A DNA stretch of 64,000 bases from an uncultured Solirubrobacterales bacterium (GTDB lineage Bacteria; Actinomycetota; Thermoleophilia; Solirubrobacterales; Solirubrobacteraceae): NCBI GenBank assembly GCA_963696615.1, contig CAVOKU010000003.1, positions 537,552 through 601,551 on the forward strand, given 5' to 3'. The notes under the pieces were generated by a model. It was not told the DNA's origin, searched no databases, and was given only the letters and a program-made list of their open reading frames with translations. Position 1 is the first letter of the stretch, and every line of letters begins with the position of its first letter. The position numbers and the translations under genes were made by a program. Positions 27,774 through 35,748 of the stretch are shown piece after piece.

Positions 27774-28184
27774 CTAATGGGAGCCTGGCGTCTCGAGCAC
27801 TTGCTTGACAAGGTCGGTGTCGTTGTACTCGGTGAGCTCGTACACCTTTCCGTCGGCTAGCCGGAAGACATAGCAGTAGGTCTGGTGGTAGGGCTTGCCC
27901 GCCTTCGTTGTCGCCTGGCCACGAGCCTCGACGACCACGACGTCGTCCTCGGCGACGATACGCTCAGCGTGGGCCGTGTAGCGGTCGGCGAACTGACGAA
28001 AAAGCGGACGCATGAGCTCGTCGACGATCGCCTTCTTGCCTTCATAGGTGCGTGACCACGGCGAGCTACCGATCACGGTCCAGCGAGCTTCATCCGACAA
28101 GGCATCCAGAAACGGACGTCCATCCCCGTTCGCCAAGGCGGCGAAGACGTTCTCCAATAGTCGCTTGTTTCGTTCCACAGCCAC
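27774..28184 (-). CDS. NTF2/SnoaL (ketosteroid-isomerase-like) protein
   Basis: IVAEDDVVVVE...YHQTYCYVFRLADGKVYELTEYNDT; GTG start. Confidence 0.88.
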   Translation of the reverse strand: MAVERNKRLLENVFAALANGDGRPFLDALSDEARWTVIGSSPWSRTYEGKKAIVDELMRPLFRQFADRYTAHAERIVAEDDVVVVEARGQATTKAGKPYHQTYCYVFRLADGKVYELTEYNDTDLVKQVLETPGSH

Positions 28185-28401
28185 GCCCCCAACCTTACGC
28201 GAGCAACGACCGAGACCGCATCGCGTGTGCGACAGGCAGTCCGACCCACCCGGCCCTCTGGTCCTGCCTAGCGCGGAAGACGCAGCCTGACCATCGTTGC
28301 CTCGGATGGCAGATTCGTCGGCCGCTGATTTCGACGTGGCCAGGCTCACCGGGGAGCGCCATGCGAGGGCGCGACTCGCTTCCACCTTAGACTCGCGATT
28401 T

Positions 28402-28752
28402 ATGTCGTTGCACCTCTTCGCGGGTCTGCGCGTCCGGGACTTCCAAGCAGCTCGAACCTGGTACGAGCGGTTGCTCGGCGAACCGACGTTCTTCCCTCAC
28501 GCGACCGAGGCAGTGTGGACGCTTGCTGACGACCGGTCGGTCTATGTCGTTGAGCACCCCGACGGCGCCGGAAACTCCGTGGTGACCATCTTCCTCGACG
28601 ATCTCGATGCCCAGGTAGTGGCAATCGCTGGCCGCGGGCTCCAGCCCGACGAGCGGGAGACGTACTCAAACGGTGTCCGCAAGGTGATCTACCGCGACCC
28701 CGACGGCAACCAGCTGGGGTTCGGCGGCGCGCCGCTCGATACCGGTTCATAG
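28402..28752 (+). CDS. VOC/glyoxalase-family protein
   Basis: VRDFQAARTWYERLLG and YRDPDGNQLGF motifs. Confidence 0.88.
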   Translation: MSLHLFAGLRVRDFQAARTWYERLLGEPTFFPHATEAVWTLADDRSVYVVEHPDGAGNSVVTIFLDDLDAQVVAIAGRGLQPDERETYSNGVRKVIYRDPDGNQLGFGGAPLDTGS

Positions 28753-28980
28753 GCCTGACACCGTTCTTTCGGACGGCCGGTCCTGCATTGGTCGCGGCAC
28801 GTGCCTCTCAAGCGCACCGGCGACAGACCACCTTCGCGCGGAAACGAAGGCACGGGTAACGGCGCGAGCAGACCGAGACCGTCGATCCGAGAGCGTCGAT
28901 CGTGCGGCGGCTGCCAAGCGGCGCGTCTTGCGGAACCTGGTTGAATCGCTGACGAAGCACGAGCCAAACGAGGAGGTGGC

Positions 28981-29400
28981 ATGAACATCGAGTTCCTCTC
29001 GACCGTGGCGGTGATCGCGCCCGATCCGCCCGCCAGCCGCAATCTGTACGTCGAGACGCTTGGGCTACCGCTCGAGGGCCACGGCGGCGACTATCACCAC
29101 AGCGAGCAGATTGCGGGCTGCAAGTCCTTCGGCATCTGGCCGCTGTCCCAGGCCGCCGAGGCGTGCTTCGGGACGGCGCAGTGGCCGGTTGAGCGGACGG
29201 TGCCGCAGGTCAGCATCGAGTTCGACGTCGCGGACGCCGCGACGGTGGGCCCGGCGGCGCGGGAGCTCGAGCAGACCGGCTACGAGCTGCTGCACCCACC
29301 ACGCGAGGAGCCGTGGGGTCAGACGGTGGCCAGGCTGCAGTCACCAGAGGGCGCGATCGTCGGGATCTCGTACACGCCTGTGCTGCACGACGAGGACTGA
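28981..29400 (+). CDS. VOC/glyoxalase-family protein
   Basis: GGAGG SD; EPWGQTVARLQSPEGAIVGISYTP. Confidence 0.88.
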   Translation: MNIEFLSTVAVIAPDPPASRNLYVETLGLPLEGHGGDYHHSEQIAGCKSFGIWPLSQAAEACFGTAQWPVERTVPQVSIEFDVADAATVGPAARELEQTGYELLHPPREEPWGQTVARLQSPEGAIVGISYTPVLHDED

Positions 29401-29577
29401 CTGAGACCGCGACCTGCTCAATTGACGCGATGAGCATCTCGAACGCTCCGGCTCGAGTCTCGAAAAGCGCCTACGAGCGCCAAGCTGCGTAGCTGACCAA
29501 GTTCCTGAGCGGCACGTGCCGGACCGTAGGGGTACGGCTCGACAGGCTGGTTGGTGTCCCACGCGCACCCGCTCGAG

Positions 29578-30135
29578 TCAGGCGCTGTCCGACGGAGCTT
29601 GGTCTCCGCTGCCAAACGCCCGTTCGACGAACGCCGCCCCATTGGACGGGTCGGGCGCGTAGTGCCGATAGATCTCGGTCGTCTTGGCGTCGGCGTGGCC
29701 CATCCACTCCTGGATCGCGCGCAGCGGGGCGCCGGCGGCGGCCATCTGCGTGCCGAAGGTGTGGCGGAGCTCGTGGAAGGTGATCTCGTGCACGCCTGCC
29801 TCGGCGAGAGCGTCCTTGAAGCGCTTGCGCATCTTGGAAGGGTCGAGGACATGCCCGGTGTCGGGGTGGCAGAAGACGAGATCCCTGTCTGCGGGGAAGC
29901 GCGAGCGTCGCCGTAGCTGATCGAGCTCGTGGGCGAGCCGTGCGGCCATCGCGACCGAGCGGCCTTCGTGGGACTTGGGGGTGTCCATCTGCCCGCGCGT
30001 GAAGTTGTCCGCCACGCGCACGCGCCCGACCTGCCAGTCGATGTCGAGCCACTTCAGCGCGAGCAGCTCGCCCTGGCGTAGGCCGGTGAGCGCGGCGGCC
30101 AGATACAGCGGCCGCTCGACGCCGCCGAGGGTGTC
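29578..30135 (-). pseudogene. Catalytic domain of a tyrosine integrase, N-terminus deleted
   Basis: DTLGGVERPLYLAAALTGLRQGELLAL...PKS...FHELRHTF...MGHAD...TEIY; in-frame TGA directly upstream at 30138-30136. Confidence 0.88.
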
Positions 30136-31305
30136 TCAGGACCAACGAAGTCCGGCAAGACGGTGCTGGTCGAGCGCACCCTTCCCCGAGATGAGGCGAT
30201 CTGGGTCGAAGGGCCAGACCTCACGTCAGTGGATGTGCTCTGGGACGCGATCGTAGACTGGCTCGGCCTGTACGACCTGGTGGAGGTCACCAGGACCGAG
30301 ACCGAGGGCAGCGGCAGAAAGCTCGGCATGAACGTCGGCGTGCCAAAGCTCGCCAGCATCGAGGCGAGCAAGAAAGACGACACGGGCACCGCTCGCGGCG
30401 TTCGGAAGACCCGAGCGCAGGCCGTCACAACCGTGGCCCGCCGGGGTGTCGAAGAACTCGGCGTCTCGATCGTCATCGACGACTTCCACTACGTCGGCGA
30501 GGATGCCAAGGTTGACCTTGCTCGGGCGGTCAAGACGATCATCCCCTTCACGAAGGTGGTGCTGGTCGCCGTCCCTCACGAGGCCTTCGATGTGGTGCGC
30601 AGCGAGTCCGACATGGGCGGCCGGGTCAGCCTGGTGGCGATCGAACTGTGGACGGTCGAGGAGCTGGAGTTCATCGCCCACAAGGGGTTCGAGGCACTCA
30701 ACATCGAGGACCAGCACGGCGTCGCGACGAAGCTTGCCGAGAACAGCTTTGGCGCGCCCTTCCTGATGCAGGACCTCTGCTACCAGTACGCGGTCTCGAT
30801 CGGCGTCCTGCGAACAGCCGACGAGCCGGTGTCCACCGTCGAGCCGTACGACTGGGAGGACTTCTTCCGCCGCATCGCAAACCGCACTCCGCCGGTGATC
30901 TTCGACCACCTGCTGAGGGGACCGAAAATGCGCGGCCAGAAACGCATCCCCCGAGTCTTCAAGACCGGCGAGAAGACCGATATCTACGGAGCGCTGCTAT
31001 TCGCGATCGCCAAGGCGGGGAAGACGAGCGTCACGTATCAAGAGCTGGCGATGATCTTGGAGCGCGAGTTCGCTGATGCGATTCCAGGGCAGCAGATCGC
31101 CGCGGCGCTCGGCCATATGGCGACGATCGCCGTCGAAAACCGGGGCACCGGCGACGCAGCCGTGGCATACAAGAACGACGAGCTGCACGTGCTCGACCCG
31201 TTCCTACTGTTCTACCTGACCTTCGGCACATGGTCGGTCGACAAGGACGTCTTGGAGAACCCGGAGCAGGACCAGTTGCCTCCCATTACGCCGGCGACCG
31301 CGTAG
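30133..31305 (+). pseudogene. 5'-truncated P-loop ATPase with C-terminal winged-helix-like region
   Basis: Walker A GPTKSGKT (30139-30162) lies upstream of the first available start codon (GTG 30163); Walker B SIVIDDFH. Confidence 0.7.
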
Positions 31306-31514
31306 AGCCGCAGATGTGCTTCTACGCGGTCAGTCCTAGCCGTCGCGCAGCCACTAGCCCGGCACGTCAAGCGCAGCGGCGAGATTGCGAGCGTTGGTGT
31401 CCGCGGCCCGGAGCCTGTCTGCGCGTACTCCGATGACTCAGGCTGGGCGCGAAGATCACCCAAACGGAACCCTATTGGAACCTTGGCCGTCCCCCTCCAC
31501 CCCACTACTCCACG

Positions 31515-31542
31515 AAAAAACCCCGCGTGAGCGGGGCTTTTT
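31515..31542 (-). terminator. Intrinsic terminator after tRNA-fMet
   Basis: Minus strand CCCCGC-TCAC-GCGGGG followed by T6. Confidence 0.9.
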
Positions 31543-31546
31543 CAAG

Positions 31547-31620
<74 letters not shown>

Positions 31621-31769
31621 TCGCGTCTCTAGGTTTAGCAGATAGGACTCCGGGTCGCCAACCGAGGCCGGCCATGCAACTGAGCCGCCGAGCCCCGCCC
31701 CAGGCCCCCCAAAGGAGCCGCCGCACGAAGCCGCCAGCGGGCAACTGCAGCCGCCCCGCCCAGCACGCC

Positions 31770-32486
31770 TCAGAACGCGATCGGTTTGCCGTCGCGGAAG
31801 AACCCGCCGGTGGGACCGTCGTCGGGGAGGGTCGCCAGCCAGACGATCCCCGAGGCGCCGTCCTCGACGGGCTTCTTGGCTCCGAACTGGGAGCCCATGT
31901 CGGTGTTGACGAACCCCGGGCAGGCGGAGTTGACGAGCACTCCGTCGTCCTTGAGCTCGGTGGAGAGGATGCGGGTCATCGCGTTCAATGACGCCTTCGA
32001 GACACGGTAGCCGGGCGACCAGCCGCCCATCTCCGCCACGCCCCCCATGCCGCTGGACACGTTGACCACCCGGGGATGGTCGCTCGCCCGCAGCAGCTCG
32101 AGCAGCGCCACGGTGAGGCGCCAGGCGCCGTAGAGGTTGGTCTGCAGCGTGCGATCGATCGCCTCGAAGTCGGGGTCGGTCCCGCTCACGCCCCAGTCCG
32201 CGCCGATGCCGGCGTTGTTGACCAGCACGTCGAGCCTGCCGGGGCTCTGCTTCACGGCCGCGGCGGCGGCGGCGATGCTCTCCGGATCCGATACGTCGAG
32301 CGTCAGCGGCGTGACCCTCCCGCCGGTCTGAGCCGCGATCTCCTCGGCGGCCTGTGCGGCCTTCGCCCCGTCGCGGGCGCTCAGGATCACCTCATAGCCC
32401 TCCGCGGCCAGCTGGCGGGCGACCTCCCGACCGATGCCGCGGTTCGCGCCCGTGACCAGTGCGATGCCCTTGCCGTTCTCGCTCAT
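31770..32486 (-). CDS. SDR oxidoreductase (carbonyl-reductase-like)
   Basis: VTGANRGIG, NNAG, YRVSK and ACPGFVNTDM motifs. Confidence 0.93.
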   Translation of the reverse strand: MSENGKGIALVTGANRGIGREVARQLAAEGYEVILSARDGAKAAQAAEEIAAQTGGRVTPLTLDVSDPESIAAAAAAVKQSPGRLDVLVNNAGIGADWGVSGTDPDFEAIDRTLQTNLYGAWRLTVALLELLRASDHPRVVNVSSGMGGVAEMGGWSPGYRVSKASLNAMTRILSTELKDDGVLVNSACPGFVNTDMGSQFGAKKPVEDGASGIVWLATLPDDGPTGGFFRDGKPIAF

Positions 32487-32572
32487 CCCATCCCTCGCTC
32501 TCTGCCATGCCAACGCCGTGGTCGCAGAAACCTACCGACCTCGCCGTGCCGGCTCGATCTAGGATCTCCTCC

Positions 32573-33511
32573 GTGCGGGCGGCGGTGGTGGACATCGGAA
32601 CCAACTCGACTCGTCTGCTGATCGCCGACGTCGCCTCCGACGGCGCGATCACCGAACTGGTGCGGCGGTCGGTGGTGACGAGACTCGGCGACGGCGTCGA
32701 CTCGAGCGGAGCCCTCTCCGAGGAGGCTGCCTCGCGGGTGTTCGCCGCGCTCGACGGGTTCGTCCCCGAGATCGACCGTCTGCGGCCCGAGCGCAACCTC
32801 GCCGTGCTCACCTCCGCCGTGCGAGACGCGTCCAACGGGTCGGACTTCGCCGCCAGGATCCGCGCCGACTACGACCTCGACGCCCGCGTTCTCTCCGGCG
32901 ACCAGGAGGCCCGGCTCACCTTCCTCGGCGCGATGTCCGGCCAGACCCACACGGACGTCGCCTCCGCCGAGGAGCCGACCGTCGTGATCGACATCGGTGG
33001 AGGGTCCACCGAGTTCGTCGTCGGCGTTGGGGGAACGCCCGGATTCCACGTGTCACTGCCTGCGGGGGTGGTGAGGATGAGCGAGCGCCACATCCACACC
33101 GACCCCCCGGCTCCGGCAGAGCTGCAACAGCTCGCCGCTGACACCCGCTCGATCTTCCTCGGCGGACTGCCCGCGGGCGAGCGCTCGCGCGTGAGGCGTG
33201 GCATCGCCGTTGCCGGCACCGCAACCTCGGCCGCCGCGATCGACCAGGAGCTCGACCCGTACGACCCCGCGCGGGTTCACGGCTATCAGCTGCTGCTGGC
33301 GACCGTGGAGCTGCTGCTGGCACGCCTCGCGGACGTGAACGAAGAGCACCGCCGCGCCACCGTCGGCCTCGATCCCGCTCGCGCGCCCACGATCGTGGCG
33401 GGGATGGTGCTCCTGTCAGAGGCGATGCGGGCGTTCGATCTCGAGGAGGTGGAGGTGTCCGAGCACGACATCCTCCACGGTGGCGTCATCTCGCTCGCAG
33501 GCCTCGCCTGA
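32573..33511 (+). CDS. ppx: Ppx/GppA exopolyphosphatase
   Basis: DIGTNSTRL, SAVRDASN, DQEARLTF, DIGGGSTE and SEHDILHG motifs; GTG start. Confidence 0.93.
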   Translation: MRAAVVDIGTNSTRLLIADVASDGAITELVRRSVVTRLGDGVDSSGALSEEAASRVFAALDGFVPEIDRLRPERNLAVLTSAVRDASNGSDFAARIRADYDLDARVLSGDQEARLTFLGAMSGQTHTDVASAEEPTVVIDIGGGSTEFVVGVGGTPGFHVSLPAGVVRMSERHIHTDPPAPAELQQLAADTRSIFLGGLPAGERSRVRRGIAVAGTATSAAAIDQELDPYDPARVHGYQLLLATVELLLARLADVNEEHRRATVGLDPARAPTIVAGMVLLSEAMRAFDLEEVEVSEHDILHGGVISLAGLA

Positions 33512-33541
33512 ACAATTCCGGTCGCCCCCCCAGTTCTGCTA

Positions 33542-33550
33542 TGTGATACT
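33542..33550 (+). promoter_or_regulatory. Extended -10 element TG-T-GATACT
   Basis: Lies 4 nt before the structured region; the same GATACT hexamer precedes the gene at 39927. Confidence 0.55.
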
Positions 33551-33554
33551 CTCA

Positions 33555-33750
33555 CCGTAGTGGGGGTGGAGCTGTGCTGGGTCGCGTGTCTTCCCGGTCG
33601 GTGACAGACCCGGGCTTTCGTCGAACCCCCGACCTCGACGTGTCCCTCTGCCCGGGTCGCACTCCCACTGCGGTCCCTGGTGACGTACCCCTCGATGTTT
33701 CGCCGGAGACCACCCGAGGAAGCCGCCCCGTGGGCGGCTTCCTCCTTTCC
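33555..33750 (+). ncRNA. Candidate structured small RNA, family not recognised
   Basis: 14-bp helix 33555-33568/33660-33673 with two G-U pairs; 9-bp helix 33607-33615/33650-33658; two C-rich-loop hairpins; flanked by promoter and terminator. Confidence 0.6.
33716..33750. terminator. 13-bp perfect hairpin GAGGAAGCCGCCC-CGT-GGGCGGCTTCCTC followed by CTTTCC
   Basis: Direct inspection; sits between the candidate sRNA and the convergent TPP-enzyme stop. Confidence 0.85.
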
Positions 33751-33757
33751 GTGCCGG

Positions 33758-35419
33758 TCAGGCGAGGTTGGACTTGCGGGGGTAGACGACGTCTGGGTCG
33801 GTCAGCACGTTGACGAGCGCCGGCTTGCCCGAGGAGAACGCCCGCTCCAGCGCGGGAACCACGTCCCCGGGACGCTCGACGAGCTCCCCATGGGCGCCCA
33901 GCGCCTGCACGACCTCGTCGTAGCGGGTCGCGGGCCGCAGCTCGGCGGCCACCGAGTAGCCGTACAGGAACTCCATCGGGTGCTTCTCCAGCGCCCAGAT
34001 GCCGTTGTTGCCCATCACCCCCACCACCGCCACGCCGTGACGGGCGAGGGTGTCGAACTCCATCCCGGAGAAGCCGAAGGCGCCGTCTCCCAGCAGCAGC
34101 ACGACCTGACGCTCGGGATGGGCGAGCTTCGCCGCCAGCGCATACCCGGGACCGGCGCCCAGACAGCCGAACGGCCCCGGATCCAGCCAGCAGCCGGGCT
34201 GGTAGCTGTCGATCACGCGGCCGGCGTAGGAGACGTAGTCGCCGCCGTCGCCGATCACGATCGCATCGCGGTCGAGCACCTTGCCCAGCTCGGCGTACAG
34301 GCGCATCGGGTGAAGCGGAGCGCGGTCGTCCTGCAGCTCGGACCGCTCGGCCTCGCGACGCTCGGTCTCGGCGGCCCGCAGCTGCTCGATCCAGGGGCCG
34401 CTCGACAGCGGACGGTTGCCGGCGGCGATGCGCACGTCAGCGAGCGTCTGGGTCAGCGCGCCATAGAGCTCGGCGGCGACCGCCCGGGGATGGCGCCGCT
34501 GTGATTCGGCGACATCCACCACCACGATCTCGGTGTCCTCTCCGAACGATCCGCCAAAGCCGAGCCTGAAGTCCATCGGCACTCCCACCACCAGCGCCAC
34601 GTCGGCCTCCTTCAACGCCTGGGAGCGGCTGCGGGAGAAGAACAGCTCGTGGTCGGCCGGCACACAGCCGCGGGCCAATCCGTTCAGGTAGACGGGCACC
34701 CGCAGCGTCTCTGCCAGCGCCAGCAGCTCCTGCTCGCCGTGTCCCCAGTAGAGGTCGGTCCCCGCCATGATCACCGGACGCTCCGCCGCCGCCAGCAGCT
34801 CCCCGGCCCGTTCTACCGGCCCCTCGCCGGCGCCCCGCTGCGCGCGCGCGGGCGGGCCCTCGAGCACGTCCTCGGACTCGGCGGCCTCCATGAAGACGTA
34901 GTCCAGCGGAAAGTCCACGAAAGCGGGGCCGCCGTGCGGAGCCAGGGCAGCCAGGAAGGCCTCGTCCACCAGACCGGGGATCTCCTCGGTGCTCTCCGGC
35001 GTCACCGCCAGCTTGGTCAGGGGGCGCACGAACGGGACGTGGTCTATCTCCTGCAACGAGCCCATCCCCCATCGGCCGGCGGGCGCCCGGCCGCCGAGGA
35101 TCACCATCGGCGAGTGGTTGGCCTGGGCGCTGGCCATGGCGCTCATCCCGTTGGTCACGCCGGGCCCCGCCGTCAGGGCGCACACGCCCGGCTGGCGCGT
35201 GACCTTCGCCCAGCCCTCGGCGGCGAACGCGGCGGTGGACTCGTGACGGACGTCGACGATGTCGACACCCTCTTTCAGGCAGCCATCGTAGATCGAGAAG
35301 AGATGCCCACCGGACAGCGTGAACAGCTTGCTGACGCCATGGGCCCGCAGCCGGCGCGCGACCAGGCGCCCGCCGTGAAAGGTCTCGGCGCTCTCCTCCG
35401 TGCCCTGCTCGACGGCCAT
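33758..35419 (-). CDS. TPP-dependent enzyme, acetolactate synthase/2-hydroxyacyl-CoA lyase superfamily
   Basis: [21 protein letters not shown] and the GDGAFG...NNGIW TPP motif. Confidence 0.93.
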   Translation of the reverse strand: MAVEQGTEESAETFHGGRLVARRLRAHGVSKLFTLSGGHLFSIYDGCLKEGVDIVDVRHESTAAFAAEGWAKVTRQPGVCALTAGPGVTNGMSAMASAQANHSPMVILGGRAPAGRWGMGSLQEIDHVPFVRPLTKLAVTPESTEEIPGLVDEAFLAALAPHGGPAFVDFPLDYVFMEAAESEDVLEGPPARAQRGAGEGPVERAGELLAAAERPVIMAGTDLYWGHGEQELLALAETLRVPVYLNGLARGCVPADHELFFSRSRSQALKEADVALVVGVPMDFRLGFGGSFGEDTEIVVVDVAESQRRHPRAVAAELYGALTQTLADVRIAAGNRPLSSGPWIEQLRAAETERREAERSELQDDRAPLHPMRLYAELGKVLDRDAIVIGDGGDYVSYAGRVIDSYQPGCWLDPGPFGCLGAGPGYALAAKLAHPERQVVLLLGDGAFGFSGMEFDTLARHGVAVVGVMGNNGIWALEKHPMEFLYGYSVAAELRPATRYDEVVQALGAHGELVERPGDVVPALERAFSSGKPALVNVLTDPDVVYPRKSNLA

Positions 35420-35506
35420 CGAGGCGACTCTATCCACTGCGGTCGGCATCTGCCCCCCGGGGCGGGATCCCGGGCACCCGTCGCGGCCCCGAGAGGGGGC
35501 CGATCA

Positions 35507-35590
35507 GACCCGGGACGGGATTCGAACCCGCAAGCTCTTGCGAGCGGCGGATTTTAAGTCCGCTGACTTTGCCAGTTTGTCCACCCGGGT
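35507..35590 (-). tRNA. tRNA-Leu (TAA) with long variable arm
   Basis: ACCCGGGTGGACAAACTGGCAAAGTCAGCGGACTTAAAATCCGCCGCTCGCAAGAGCTTGCGGGTTCGAATCCCGTCCCGGGTC; all stems pair. Confidence 0.92.
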
Positions 35591-35748
35591 ATCACGATCG
35601 TACCGGCCCGAGGAGCCGGGAGAGCGGTCCCTGCGGACGCTCGCCAACCGCCGCCAAACTAGCGCAACGGTGCTATTACGAGCGCAACTCCACGGTTGCT
35701 ACGGTGTATTTCAGGGTAGATAACCAGCTGAAGGGACCGAGGTTTGCC

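Larger units (their letters stand above)
17025..31546. mobile_element. About 14.5-kb genomic island integrated at tRNA-fMet, probably immobile
   Basis: 42-bp direct repeats; internal truncated tyrosine integrase; TA-like pair at one end; accessory cargo. Confidence 0.85.

Noticed and set aside
33590-33715. Cobalamin riboswitch reading of the structured region (CGGTGACAGACCCG, CCCCCG, CCACTG and GCCGGAGACC occur in a similar order)
   Set aside because: Both conserved GGGAA segments are missing and no same-strand gene follows the terminator; kept only as an alternative for cmscan to test
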